From assembly GCA_964510435.1 (NCBI GenBank), contig CAZEBU010000001.1, forward strand, positions 144,791 through 208,790: a stretch of 64,000 bases of DNA, read 5' to 3'. The position numbers and the translations under genes were made by a program. Shown here one piece after another: positions 52,503 through 62,078 of this stretch. The stretch comes from an uncultured Candidatus Saccharibacteria bacterium (GTDB lineage: Bacteria; Patescibacteriota; WWE3; UBA101185; UBA10185). The first letter of the stretch is position 1. Each line of letters begins with the position of its first letter. Under the pieces are notes generated by a model. That model did no database searches, was not told the DNA's origin, and saw nothing but the letters and a program-made list of their open reading frames with translations.

Positions 52503-54433
52503 CTAAAATTAGTACGGTTAACCTCCAGATCATCCATATAGTCATCAATATCTTTATTAGATAAAGACTGGTTGTAGTAACCCACATTTAGCAGCAATTC
52601 CTGAGGTATTTCCAGCAAAAACCTGCTGGGCATATTACTCTGACGGGTACCAAAATACAATCTGTTATAGGCGCGCGTCAAAAAAACATGCTTCTTTGCC
52701 CTTGTAACCGCCACATAGCAAAGCCTTCTTTCTTCCTCCAACTCCTCTTTTTCCATTAAGGAATTTATGTGCGGAAACAATCCTTCTTCCATACCAATGA
52801 TAAAAACCACAGGAAATTCCAAGCCTTTGGAGGCGTGTATGGTCATCAAGGTAACGGCTTCGTAAGCATCGGGGTTTGCCTTATTAGAACTTTCGATCAA
52901 GGCCACATTTTCCAAAAAATCCTCCAGATTGATAAACTGCTGAGCCACTGATCTAAGCTCCTTAATATTTTCGACACGCATCTTACCTTCCTCTGAACCA
53001 TCATCCAGCCACTTGAGGTACCGGATGTCCTCCAAGATCATGTCCATAAGCTCTAGAGTAGAGAGCGCTTCTTTTTGTTCGAGCCATTTTAAGATGGGTA
53101 TTTTGCTGCGCTCTTCTATAAAACCTAGGCCCCAGTTAGCCTTTTTAAATTGTTCTACGCTTTTTTGGCCCATTTTTCGAGGAGGTACGTTAATAATTCT
53201 CTCCCAGGAGACGCTATCTTGCGGATTGTGTACAACCCTTAAATAAGCGGTGGTGTCCTTAATTTCCTTGCGAGAGTAGAATCTGATACCGCCCACTATT
53301 TTGTAAGGAATATTACTTTTAATAAAATGTTCTTCCAAATTTCTAGACTGAGCGTTGGTGCGGTACAAAACAGCTATTTCACTGTACGAATATCCTTGCT
53401 TGGACTTTTCCAAAATGTTGGAAACCACAAACTGAGCCTCTTCCACTTCGGACGGACCTGTGTAGTTAATGATTTTTTCGCCTTCACCGTTATCTGTCCA
53501 TAGATCCAAGGGTATATGAGAAGAATTATTTTTTATAACGTTTTTTGCTGCCTCCAAAATAGTTTGGGTCGAACGGTAATTTCGCTCCAGATTATAGATA
53601 GCCGCTTGCGGATAATCGGTCTGAAATTTTAGTATATTACGGTAATCAGCCCCCCTAAAGCCGTATATGGCCTGCGACATATCTCCCACCACGTATAAAT
53701 TATCGTTTTTCTGCGCTAGCATTTTGGTGAGCATATATTGAGCCTTATTAGTGTCTTGATATTCATCAACTAAGATATATAAAAACTGCTGCTGATATTT
53801 TTCTAAAGCTTTTTCTTCTTGTCTAAAGAGATTTACCGCTTCAAAAAGCAAATCGTCAAAATCCAAAGCTTGGCTTAGTTTTAATCTTTTTTGATACTCG
53901 CGGTAGATCTTAGCGGTACTCCTTTGAAAAAATCCTTTTGCAAAACTTTCGTACATCCCCGCGTCAATAAGTTCTGATTTAGCACTGGAAATCATACTAT
54001 GTACAGCTCGGGGCTTTATTTTTTTAATATCCATGCCAAAATCTTTAATGATACTCCTAACCACCGAAACCGAGTCATCACGATCATAAATGACATACGA
54101 AAAGGGTATCCCCAGACGAAAACCTTCCTTTCTCAATATCCTGGCGCAAATGGCATGAAAAGTACCGCTCCAAGAAAGTTTCTGCTTCTTCCCCAGCAGA
54201 TCTACTATCCTGGCCTTAATTTCCCCGGCCGCCTTATTGGTGAAAGTGACGCATAGAACATTAGCTTGATCTATTTTGTGATGTTTGATGAGATAGGCAA
54301 TTCTATGCGTTAGTGCTCTGGTTTTACCGCTTCCCGGACCCGCCACTACCAAGGCCGGACCGCGCAAATGCTTTACAGCCTTCTCTTGCTGGGAATTTAA
54401 TTCTTGGAGTATGTTTGGGTTTTGTTCTGGCAC
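52493..54433 (-). CDS. pcrA: ATP-dependent DNA helicase PcrA/UvrD
   Basis: QEKAVKHLRGPALVVAGPGSGKTRALT, ILVDEYQDTN, VVGDMSQAIYGFRGA, TIHASKGLEFPVVF, YVAVTRA. 646 aa. Confidence 0.9.
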   Translation of the reverse strand: MPEQNPNILQELNSQQEKAVKHLRGPALVVAGPGSGKTRALTHRIAYLIKHHKIDQANVLCVTFTNKAAGEIKARIVDLLGKKQKLSWSGTFHAICARILRKEGFRLGIPFSYVIYDRDDSVSVVRSIIKDFGMDIKKIKPRAVHSMISSAKSELIDAGMYESFAKGFFQRSTAKIYREYQKRLKLSQALDFDDLLFEAVNLFRQEEKALEKYQQQFLYILVDEYQDTNKAQYMLTKMLAQKNDNLYVVGDMSQAIYGFRGADYRNILKFQTDYPQAAIYNLERNYRSTQTILEAAKNVIKNNSSHIPLDLWTDNGEGEKIINYTGPSEVEEAQFVVSNILEKSKQGYSYSEIAVLYRTNAQSRNLEEHFIKSNIPYKIVGGIRFYSRKEIKDTTAYLRVVHNPQDSVSWERIINVPPRKMGQKSVEQFKKANWGLGFIEERSKIPILKWLEQKEALSTLELMDMILEDIRYLKWLDDGSEEGKMRVENIKELRSVAQQFINLEDFLENVALIESSNKANPDAYEAVTLMTIHASKGLEFPVVFIIGMEEGLFPHINSLMEKEELEEERRLCYVAVTRAKKHVFLTRAYNRLYFGTRQSNMPSRFLLEIPQELLLNVGYYNQSLSNKDIDDYMDDLEVNRTNFSWE

Positions 54434-54463
54434 TTAAGAATTGTAGCACGAACGAAATACGCG

Positions 54464-55276
54464 TTATTCAGCGCCCGCTTTTTGTCTCAGACAAGCTTTT
54501 AGTTCCGGGGTTACCGTCCAGCCACACTCATCGTTCTTTTGTCTTTCGCAGACTGCTGTTTTATAACATCCATAGATTTCCAGGTATTCGCAGGTGGTAT
54601 TAACCTCCGTGTCTGCACAAAGCTGCCCACTACAGCCTGTTGGTCTGCATTCAGTCTTCTTCACCGGCATACTTATAGTGGTGAAGCTGCCTAGCATTTC
54701 ACCAAAAATTTCATAATAGACTTGTTCTATTTCTAATGTAAGGTCCTCCTCATATTCGGTAATTAGTTTAAACTGTATGACTTTATTAGGTTTAATGGTA
54801 TAAATGTTCGTCTCCGACAATGTGTCCGTCCTCATCGCCCTCAATCCTTCTTCCAACGGATGTACAGTAATTTCTACTTTGTAGAGAGAAGGCTCGTCTT
54901 CCGTCTTTTCGAAAAAGCTAATGGTGGTGGTATCCATGTCGTCTACATCCTTAAGCCAGTAATCCCAGTCAACCGGGTAGTTTATTTTAAAATTATCGTC
55001 GAAATTTTCATAGACGTTCCAGTCCGCTGCAGTTTTCTCCGTCACTATCTTTTCCTGCCCGGCATCAATGATGGGAACCTCACTTAAAGTAACTTGATTA
55101 CTGATCCAAAAATTATAGAGAATACTAAACACCAAGGCACCCCCACCCACAATCATAAAGATACCAATTGTCCTCGAATTAATAAGTTTTGGGAGAAAAG
55201 AACCTACCCCAATCTCGTCTACATTCTCTTGAGGTGGCTCTATATTAGGCACTTGGGCTTCGCTTTCCATACACAT
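54464..55276 (-). CDS. Membrane-anchored hypothetical protein with C-terminal 8-Cys module
   Basis: N-terminal TM (IGIFMIVGGGALVFSILY). C-terminus ECRPTGCSGQLCADTEVNTTCEYLEIYGCYKTAVCERQKNDECGWTVTPELKAC. Confidence 0.4.
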   Translation of the reverse strand: MCMESEAQVPNIEPPQENVDEIGVGSFLPKLINSRTIGIFMIVGGGALVFSILYNFWISNQVTLSEVPIIDAGQEKIVTEKTAADWNVYENFDDNFKINYPVDWDYWLKDVDDMDTTTISFFEKTEDEPSLYKVEITVHPLEEGLRAMRTDTLSETNIYTIKPNKVIQFKLITEYEEDLTLEIEQVYYEIFGEMLGSFTTISMPVKKTECRPTGCSGQLCADTEVNTTCEYLEIYGCYKTAVCERQKNDECGWTVTPELKACLRQKAGAE

Positions 55277-55349
55277 TCAGTATAACAAACAGCCTAACTC
55301 ATTGTGCGGATATTGACATAGTCCACAAGGAAAATTATTATCTAAGCGT

Positions 55350-55685
55350 ATGAAGTTTTTTTTACGGCTTATTATCAGCACAGTATCCGTTTTTGTGGCA
55401 GCGTATCTTGTACCGGGGGTTGCAGTTGATGGTGTAACCACTGCCTTTATAGTGGCCATCGTGCTGGGGGTTTTAAATGTTTTCGTAAAGCCCCTATTAG
55501 TTTTTCTCACCTTACCCATCACGCTGCTCACTCTTGGGTTGTTTACCTTTGTCATTAATTTGGGTCTGATCTATCTTGCAGAGTACCTTGTGACGGGATT
55601 CAGTATCGGATCAATACTTGCCGCAATACTTTTTGGGCTTATTTTGTCCCTTGTTAACTCATTCCTAAGCATGTTGGCAAAATAG
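55350..55685 (+). CDS. DUF360 / phage-holin-4_2-family small membrane protein (YvlD-like)
   Basis: 111 aa, four TM helices, GVAVDGVTTAFIVAIVLGVLN pattern typical of this family. Confidence 0.55.
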   Translation: MKFFLRLIISTVSVFVAAYLVPGVAVDGVTTAFIVAIVLGVLNVFVKPLLVFLTLPITLLTLGLFTFVINLGLIYLAEYLVTGFSIGSILAAILFGLILSLVNSFLSMLAK

Positions 55686-55748
55686 GGGAAGAAAAACTGC
55701 AAAAATACAGGGGTAGCCAAATTCAAAACCTGTGGTAATATATCACAC

Positions 55749-56015
55749 ATGATTACTTTTATTGACTTCTACGCTGACTGGTGTGGCCCTTGTAAGATCA
55801 TGGCTCCCGTTTTCGATGAGGTTAAAAAAGAATATAAAGATAAGGTAGACTTCAAAAAAGTAGACGTGGAAGTCGATTCTGCCATGGCTACAAAATTTGG
55901 GGTTATGAGCATTCCCACCTTCGTTATTCTGGATGGCGATAAAGAGTTAGACAGAAAACTTGGTGCAATGCCAAAAGAGACCTTAACAAATTGGCTCGAT
56001 TCACATCTTAATTAA
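55749..56015 (+). CDS. trxA: Thioredoxin (short, 88 aa)
   Basis: FYADWCGPCKIMAPVFDEV. No in-frame alternative start upstream, because the frame hits a TAG at 55683. Confidence 0.85.
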   Translation: MITFIDFYADWCGPCKIMAPVFDEVKKEYKDKVDFKKVDVEVDSAMATKFGVMSIPTFVILDGDKELDRKLGAMPKETLTNWLDSHLN

Positions 56016-56042
56016 TTTCCAAAAACAGGATAAAATAGATCT

Positions 56043-57044
56043 ATGCCTGTCCGAATTGCAATCAACGGTTTTGGCAGAATAGGCCGAGCCGCTTTTAAAA
56101 TTCTACTCGACAAAGAAGACGCGGAGGTTGTAGCTTTCAACGATCTAACCAATCCCAATACCCTGGTACATCTATTAAAATACGACACCACCTATGGTAG
56201 GTATGAGAAGAGTGTCAGCCTCGAGGGAAATCACCTGGTGGTAGATGGAAAAAATATAGAAATCCTCAGCGAAAAAGACCCTGCAAAACTCCCTTGGGAA
56301 AAAATGAGCATTGATGCGGTACTGGAATGTACAGGGATCTTTATCAAAGACGGGGCTGCCAAAGCACACTTGGAAGCTGGGGCTAAAAAAGTGGTTGTCT
56401 CGGCGCCTACAAAAGGCTCCGGGGAAATTCAAACATTCTTAAAAGGCGTAAACGACGATCAATACCTTGGACAAAACGTTATTTCCAATGCATCGTGTAC
56501 CACTAATTGTCTTGCGCCCTCTATTGCAGTTATTCACAAGGCGATCGGTGTTAAAAAAGCAGCTCTAACTACAGTGCATGCGGTAACTTCTACCCAAAAT
56601 CTGGTCGACGGCCCACACAAAGATCTTAGACGCGCACGGGCTGCCGACTACAACATCATCCCTACCACCACCGGAGCAGCTATTGCTACCACTAAAGCCA
56701 TACCTGATCTAGAAGGTAAGTTTGACGGGTTAGCTTTAAGAGTCCCTATTTTAACCGGCTCTCTTTCCGACATCACCATGTTGGTAGAAAAACCCACCAC
56801 AGTCGAAGAAATAAACAACTTATATATAAAGGCTAAAGACATGCCCCTCTACAAAGGTGTGCTGACAACTACCGACGAACCCATCGTCTCCAGTGATATC
56901 ATCAAAAGCCCTTACTCCGCTATCATAGACCTCTCCATGACCAAGGTTGTCGACGGCGATCTAGTTAAAGTGCTATCTTGGTACGACAATGAATGGGGAT
57001 ACAGCAACAGATTAGTTGAAATGGCCTTGTTGATCTCCTCTTAA
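56043..57044 (+). CDS. gap: Glyceraldehyde-3-phosphate dehydrogenase
   Basis: MPVRIAINGFGRIGR, SNASCTTNCLAP (catalytic Cys), WYDNEWGYSNR. 333 aa. Confidence 0.95.
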   Translation: MPVRIAINGFGRIGRAAFKILLDKEDAEVVAFNDLTNPNTLVHLLKYDTTYGRYEKSVSLEGNHLVVDGKNIEILSEKDPAKLPWEKMSIDAVLECTGIFIKDGAAKAHLEAGAKKVVVSAPTKGSGEIQTFLKGVNDDQYLGQNVISNASCTTNCLAPSIAVIHKAIGVKKAALTTVHAVTSTQNLVDGPHKDLRRARAADYNIIPTTTGAAIATTKAIPDLEGKFDGLALRVPILTGSLSDITMLVEKPTTVEEINNLYIKAKDMPLYKGVLTTTDEPIVSSDIIKSPYSAIIDLSMTKVVDGDLVKVLSWYDNEWGYSNRLVEMALLISS

Positions 57045-57086
57045 ATACTAAAAAGCACAAATCTACATGATAAAATACTTCCATAC

Positions 57087-57356
57087 ATGTCCAAGAACTT
57101 GAGGGTATCTTTCCCAAAAAAATGTGTTGGCTGCGAACTCTGCGTCTTGCAAATCCAACGCCAAATGAAAAAGGTGGGTCTGGAGGGTTCGCTAATTAGA
57201 ATATTGAAAAAGAAAAAGGAAAACAGTGATTTCTTAGAGTATTCTATTGATATAGACCCAAGAGTTAACGAGTTTGATATACAAAAAATAAAGGATATTT
57301 GCCCCACAGAGGTTTTTGAAATTTTAGAGGAAGAAAATAATGGGCTCATCGAGTAA
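57087..57356 (+). CDS. Putative single-cluster [4Fe-4S] ferredoxin-like protein
   Basis: CVGCELC (CxxCxxC) plus a distal ICPTEVF (C-P), which is the four-ligand pattern of monocluster ferredoxins. 89 aa. Translationally coupled to the downstream AOR-N-like gene. Confidence 0.4.
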   Translation: MSKNLRVSFPKKCVGCELCVLQIQRQMKKVGLEGSLIRILKKKKENSDFLEYSIDIDPRVNEFDIQKIKDICPTEVFEILEEENNGLIE

Positions 57357-58182
57357 AAAGGTTTTGTTCCTAAATTTAAAAAAACAAGAGAGCGAAGTAA
57401 AAACTTTTCCCGATCTAAAGATGTATATAGGCGGTGTTGCACTAGGCTTAAAGTTATACGAACTTTTCTCGGAAAAAGATCCGGTAATATTTTCTGTAGG
57501 TCCCTTAAACGGTTTTTTTCCCTATGCCTCAAAAACTTCTGTTGTTTTTAATGCTAGCGGTGTAGTTGAGGATTTATGCTTGGGGGGTTACCTTTCCACT
57601 CGTATAAAATTTTCCGATCTCGACAGCATAGTTCTCTTAGGAAAATCTCCGGATGACATCGTTGTGGAATTAAATAACGAAGATGCATCTTATAAAAATT
57701 CGGACACTGATCCCGATAGCTTAGGTCTCCCAGGTAAGAGAAGTGTTATAAATGTCTACCAAAAGAAACTAGTTCTAGACGAATATTTCTCCGAACCGGA
57801 AGAAATGCTAGCACATAAACTGGGTAAGAAAAACTTTAGGGGATTAACCATTAGTGGTACAAAAACCTACCCACCTAAAAATTTGGCTAAATACCAGGAA
57901 GTCTACAATTCTCTTCTGGAAAAGACCTCTTTGTTAAGCGTGGAGAAAGGATTTTTCCCATCCTGCTCGGGTTGTCCTATGGGGTGTGAAAATTCAAAAG
58001 ATGGGGAATTAGGCGGAAATGTGCTCCTACACAGTTTGGTGGCCTGTGGGTTTGCAGAAAATATATATACCGATGTTGGTACAATATTTTCCTGCTTGAA
58101 CGTTTTAGGATATGATTACACTCACGAAGATATTGAAAACCTACCGCATCTTATCCAAAATACTTTAAGAAGTTTATCTTGA
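57340..58182 (+). CDS. Mini aldehyde:ferredoxin oxidoreductase-like protein: AFOR N-terminal domain plus the CxxCxxxC Fe-S motif, lacking the C-terminal tungstopterin domains
   Basis: VLFLNLKKQESEVKTF...IGGVALGLKLYE...DPVIFSVGPLNG...LDSIVLLGKSPDDIVVELNNED parallels the P. furiosus AOR N-domain (IRVNLSTGDIKVEEY...LGSRGLAIYLL...NKLIIAAGPLTG...YDAIVVEGKAEKPVYIYINDEH). CSGCPMGCEN matches AOR CYACPIGCGR. Only 280 aa. Confidence 0.5.
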   Translation: MGSSSKKVLFLNLKKQESEVKTFPDLKMYIGGVALGLKLYELFSEKDPVIFSVGPLNGFFPYASKTSVVFNASGVVEDLCLGGYLSTRIKFSDLDSIVLLGKSPDDIVVELNNEDASYKNSDTDPDSLGLPGKRSVINVYQKKLVLDEYFSEPEEMLAHKLGKKNFRGLTISGTKTYPPKNLAKYQEVYNSLLEKTSLLSVEKGFFPSCSGCPMGCENSKDGELGGNVLLHSLVACGFAENIYTDVGTIFSCLNVLGYDYTHEDIENLPHLIQNTLRSLS

Positions 58183-58183
58183 G

Positions 58184-58840
58184 ATGAAATATATAGTAGC
58201 AAACTGGAAAATGAATATGAACTTAAAAAGCACTAACGACTGGCTTTCCGAGTTCGAAAATTTATATAGGAAAAATGAGGTGAAAAACAAGATCATACTT
58301 GCTGCCTCTTCTATATACACACCGGCTGTGTCTGCCTTTTCCAAAAAAACGAGTGTTGCTTGTGCCTTGCAAGATATTTCCCAATATGAAAAGGGTGCGC
58401 ATACCGGAGATCTCGGTGCTTTCCAAGCGGCAGACTATTGTAAATATTGCATCGTTGGTCATAGTGAAAAAAACGAACCCAAAGATCTAGTATTGGCTAA
58501 GAGAGATGCGTGCCTGCGAGCCGGCATAATTCCCATAGTATGTTTTGTTAATCCCAAGGAAATAAACGAATATTATAAAGAGGAGTGCCTACTGGCCTGG
58601 GAGGATCCGGAAAATATTTCTAAAAATGGTGTTTATCGCGAAAAAGATCCTCAAGAAATGGCGGGCACATTTGATGAATTAAAAAATAAAATCCCTAACT
58701 CGATCATCCTTTACGGCGGTTCTGTCTATAGAGGTAATGTCGAAAACATCGCGCGGATAGCACAAGTTGACGGGATTTTAGTAGGCAATGCCAGCCTGGA
58801 TCCCGGTCATTTCATGGAACTAATTTTAGCTTTTGAATAA
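58184..58840 (+). CDS. tpiA: Triosephosphate isomerase (short, 218 aa)
   Basis: VANWKMN, IVGHSE (catalytic His), AWEDPENI (catalytic Glu region), YGGSV. Confidence 0.85.
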   Translation: MKYIVANWKMNMNLKSTNDWLSEFENLYRKNEVKNKIILAASSIYTPAVSAFSKKTSVACALQDISQYEKGAHTGDLGAFQAADYCKYCIVGHSEKNEPKDLVLAKRDACLRAGIIPIVCFVNPKEINEYYKEECLLAWEDPENISKNGVYREKDPQEMAGTFDELKNKIPNSIILYGGSVYRGNVENIARIAQVDGILVGNASLDPGHFMELILAFE

Positions 58841-59917
58841 ATGACTTATATAGACGTGAAAGTTAAAAGAGAAAAACCCAAGAAGAAAAAGTCTATCTTT
58901 ACCAAAATTCTGGTGACCATAATAGTTCCGGGATTACTCATTGGAGGAGGAGTAGTGGTTGCAAAAAAGGGTGTGCACTGGTTTGATCCTATTTCTATTG
59001 TTGCCACTGTTTCAGCGTCGGATCTGAGGGAGACTGACGGCAGGACAAATTTATTACTTTTGGGGTCGGATAAAAGAATGGCGGGAACTATCGAGTCTGA
59101 ACTCACAGACACTCTTCTTGTAGTCTCTATAGGAAGGGTTGAGCATGATGTTGTTCTGATATCCCTACCTAGAGATCTCTGGGTCAAGGATTCGCGAGGC
59201 GCAAAGTCAAAGATTAACGCTGTTTATACTTTGAATAAAGAAGATCAATCAGATATTGTCACAGGAGGAGAAGCCATCATGCAGGTGGCCAGCGATGTCC
59301 TGGGGGTACCTGTGCATTATTATTCAGTAATAAATTTTGAGTTATTTAAAGATGTGGTTGATATTTTAGGTGGTGTAGAAGTTGAAGTAGAAAGAAGTTT
59401 TACCGATTACAGCTACCCTGTGGAGGGTAAGGAAAACGCCCCGCTCTCAGAAAGATACGAAACTATAGAATTTAAGGAAGGCCTGCAAAACATGGACGGA
59501 GATGCGGCCCTTAAATTCGTGCGCTCTAGAAAAGGTACAAACGGAGAAAGTACCGATTTTGCCAGGTCGGAAAGACAACAAAAAGTGATCTCGGCTATAA
59601 AAAACAAGGCTCTTTCCATAGAAACTCTTATTAATCCCATAAAAATAAAAGAACTATACGATATTTACAGCAATGAAATTGATACAAACATTATGTTTAA
59701 TGACGTACAGAGTTTTTACTTACTATCCCAACAAGTTGATTTTAATCGCATAACCTCAATTGTCTTGGACGATAGAAGTGCTGCAGACGAAGGTGGTTTA
59801 TTATATTCCCCTGTTGATGATGAACTTTACGGTGGCGCGTATGTGCTCATCCCCAAAGTTGGGGATTTCTCCCAACTGCACGCATATGTACAAAGATATC
59901 TATTTAGCCAAAAGTAA
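58841..59917 (+). CDS. LytR-CpsA-Psr (LCP) family cell-envelope polymer transferase
   Basis: N-terminal TM. LLLLGSDKRMAGT...DTLLVVSI...VVLISLPRDLWV core. 358 aa. Confidence 0.8.
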   Translation: MTYIDVKVKREKPKKKKSIFTKILVTIIVPGLLIGGGVVVAKKGVHWFDPISIVATVSASDLRETDGRTNLLLLGSDKRMAGTIESELTDTLLVVSIGRVEHDVVLISLPRDLWVKDSRGAKSKINAVYTLNKEDQSDIVTGGEAIMQVASDVLGVPVHYYSVINFELFKDVVDILGGVEVEVERSFTDYSYPVEGKENAPLSERYETIEFKEGLQNMDGDAALKFVRSRKGTNGESTDFARSERQQKVISAIKNKALSIETLINPIKIKELYDIYSNEIDTNIMFNDVQSFYLLSQQVDFNRITSIVLDDRSAADEGGLLYSPVDDELYGGAYVLIPKVGDFSQLHAYVQRYLFSQK

Positions 59918-59931
59918 TTAGGTAAAACGTT

Positions 59932-60633
59932 ATGATCTACATTGTTCACGGAGATGATTATCCAAAATCAAGAAGGCTGATAATTAACCAGCAAAAAAAG
60001 ATTTCTTCAAACATAAAAATCGAGAGAGATCTCTCCAACTTAACACCGAAAGAACTTTACGAAGCAGCATGTTCATTTGACCTTTTTGGGAATCCACCCC
60101 TTTTAGTAGTAACTCTCCCTCCGGGAAAAGTTGCTGAAATAAAAGATTATTTAAAAATATTGAAAAAAATACCCAAGAAGACAACCGTAATACTCTTAAG
60201 TGAAAAAAAACTAGGAAAAACTAACCGCTTTATTAGATCTGCGCCTGAATTAAAGGCTAAGGTAATTTTTAATCAGAAACCCTCAATTTCCAATGTCTTT
60301 AAATTTTTGGATAATCTTTACATACAGAACCGAAAAGGCACTTATAAAGAGCTTGAATCTCTTATCGAAGAAAACGCTGAAGCGTTTTTCATTTTGTCTA
60401 TGATCTTGTACGGATTAAGAAATTTGGTGCATGCAAAGTTTCTCACCGGGGAATTTTTGGCTAAAAGCGATTTCGTGAAAAGCAAAATCTTAAAACAGGC
60501 CGAAAATTTTACCCGAGAAGAAGTCATTGGCTTATTTGATTTTATCTACAACACAGATAAAAAAATAAAAACCGGCCAAATTCAACCTGACATAGCGCTT
60601 ACCCACACCATAGAAAAAATTCTCAGTTTATAA
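59932..60633 (+). CDS. holA: DNA polymerase III delta subunit-like (short HolA-like)
   Basis: N-terminal MIYIVHGDDYPKS...LFGNPPLLVV resembles the HolA N-domain (hYLLYGeD...). Only 233 aa, so tentative. Confidence 0.35.
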   Translation: MIYIVHGDDYPKSRRLIINQQKKISSNIKIERDLSNLTPKELYEAACSFDLFGNPPLLVVTLPPGKVAEIKDYLKILKKIPKKTTVILLSEKKLGKTNRFIRSAPELKAKVIFNQKPSISNVFKFLDNLYIQNRKGTYKELESLIEENAEAFFILSMILYGLRNLVHAKFLTGEFLAKSDFVKSKILKQAENFTREEVIGLFDFIYNTDKKIKTGQIQPDIALTHTIEKILSL

Positions 60634-60637
60634 TCTT

Positions 60638-61390
60638 ATGACTAAAAAAATTTACATTAAAGACGACAGCTTTGACCCCATATATAAAGAAGTGAGCAGA
60701 GGTTTTTATACAAAAACAAGAATCATGCCCACATTATTGGTGTTTGCAGGACTTTTTACTTTTGCCACACAAGTTCTGCTACCGGTGCTGGTCTTCAAAA
60801 CTCATGATGAATCTATTGCTTTAGTGGACAACGCTACCGTTCTAGGAAGAGCCGCAGGTTTTCAAAAGTTTGAATTTGAAGAATTAGAAACAAAACAAGA
60901 TGAATACCAATATAACCCTAGAAGTGATTTTCAAGTGCGGGGTGCACAAGCAACTAACGTACCAGATTACTTTCTCATAACAATCCCCAAGCTCGGCATT
61001 AAAGAGGCTCTCGTTGAAACAAACGCCAAAGATCTTAATCCTGATACTGCCTTGGGTCACTATGCGGGTACGGTTTTACCGGGAGAGGTTGGAAACTCCT
61101 TTATTTTTGGGCATTCAGTTCTACCGTGGTTTTTCAACCCAAAAAATTATAAAACTATTTTTTCCACCCTTGGTAAACTTTCTTCCGGAGATGAATTCCA
61201 AGTCACATATAACAATACTATCTACAATTATGTTGTAGAAAGTGTTGAAGAACTTTCTCCTAAAGAGGTAAGACCTCTGGCAGAGCTCAAACCAAAATAT
61301 CTAAATAAGTCCACCATGGTTTTAATGACTTGCTCACCTCCGGGAACAAAGCTAAAGAGACTCTTGGTAAATGCTGTTATGGTAAGTTAA
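60638..61390 (+). CDS. Sortase (third copy)
   Basis: N-terminal TM. His motif FIFGHSV, catalytic VLMTCSPPG, and Arg in KRLLVNAV. Confidence 0.75.
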   Translation: MTKKIYIKDDSFDPIYKEVSRGFYTKTRIMPTLLVFAGLFTFATQVLLPVLVFKTHDESIALVDNATVLGRAAGFQKFEFEELETKQDEYQYNPRSDFQVRGAQATNVPDYFLITIPKLGIKEALVETNAKDLNPDTALGHYAGTVLPGEVGNSFIFGHSVLPWFFNPKNYKTIFSTLGKLSSGDEFQVTYNNTIYNYVVESVEELSPKEVRPLAELKPKYLNKSTMVLMTCSPPGTKLKRLLVNAVMVS

Positions 61391-61911
61391 TCAAACTCGT
61401 CTAGGACGTCTTTTTCAAACGAGGATAAAGCTATTTTCCTAGGACCTACAAAGTAAATGTAGATAACAAGACTTAGAATGATCAGGGTTAAAAAAATACC
61501 TATAGTCGGCCCTGAAACTCCCGTATCAGGAACTGTAGACTCGGTGGTTTCCGGTGCCAAGTCCGGCGTGGTGGTTGTTACTGCTTCGCCTGTCTCTGCG
61601 CCTGCAAGAACGGCACCTTCTCCAGGTTGAGGACCCCCTATTCTCCTATTTGCCAGATCTCCAAAAACGCTAACTTCCGGCTCTTCTGGTCTTTCGGAGG
61701 TCTCTCCAAGCGTTTCCGATCCAGTGTTCGTCGTTTTTGCTTCCGGGGAGCTTAAAATTTCCTGCGCAAGAGGAACTTGCCTCGTAGTATCTGTTTCAGA
61801 ATTGATAACATAGTAAATAGCGCTAAAAACAGCCAGAGAAATTGCCAGAGTAAGTATGAATGTTTTAAAACCTTTCTGTGCTTGTGTATTAGAATTCATA
61901 GGCAGGCTCAA
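61387..61911 (-). CDS. Hypothetical bitopic protein with Thr/Pro/Glu-rich extracellular linker
   Basis: N-terminal TM (FILTLAISLAVFSAIYYVI), a T/E/P-rich low-complexity middle, and a C-terminal TM (IGIFLTLIILSLVIYIYFV). Confidence 0.35.
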   Translation of the reverse strand: MSLPMNSNTQAQKGFKTFILTLAISLAVFSAIYYVINSETDTTRQVPLAQEILSSPEAKTTNTGSETLGETSERPEEPEVSVFGDLANRRIGGPQPGEGAVLAGAETGEAVTTTTPDLAPETTESTVPDTGVSGPTIGIFLTLIILSLVIYIYFVGPRKIALSSFEKDVLDEFD

Positions 61912-62078
61912 ATTCCTTCTTCAAAAACTCCAGGTCTAATCCTTCGCTTACCAACACTGATTTCTCCACAACCGCCGGGTTTATAAACTTATCTTCAGAA
62001 AACTCCCAAAATTTTGACCCTACCCATAATATACCAATTATAAATAAAATTAACAACAAAGTTAGTAAGTTTTTCATA

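Noticed and set aside
55350-55685. Phage-holin-family membrane protein as a prophage marker
   Set aside because: The DUF360/holin-4_2 family is widespread in non-phage chromosomal contexts. No capsid, terminase, integrase or lysin genes are nearby, so no mobile element is called.
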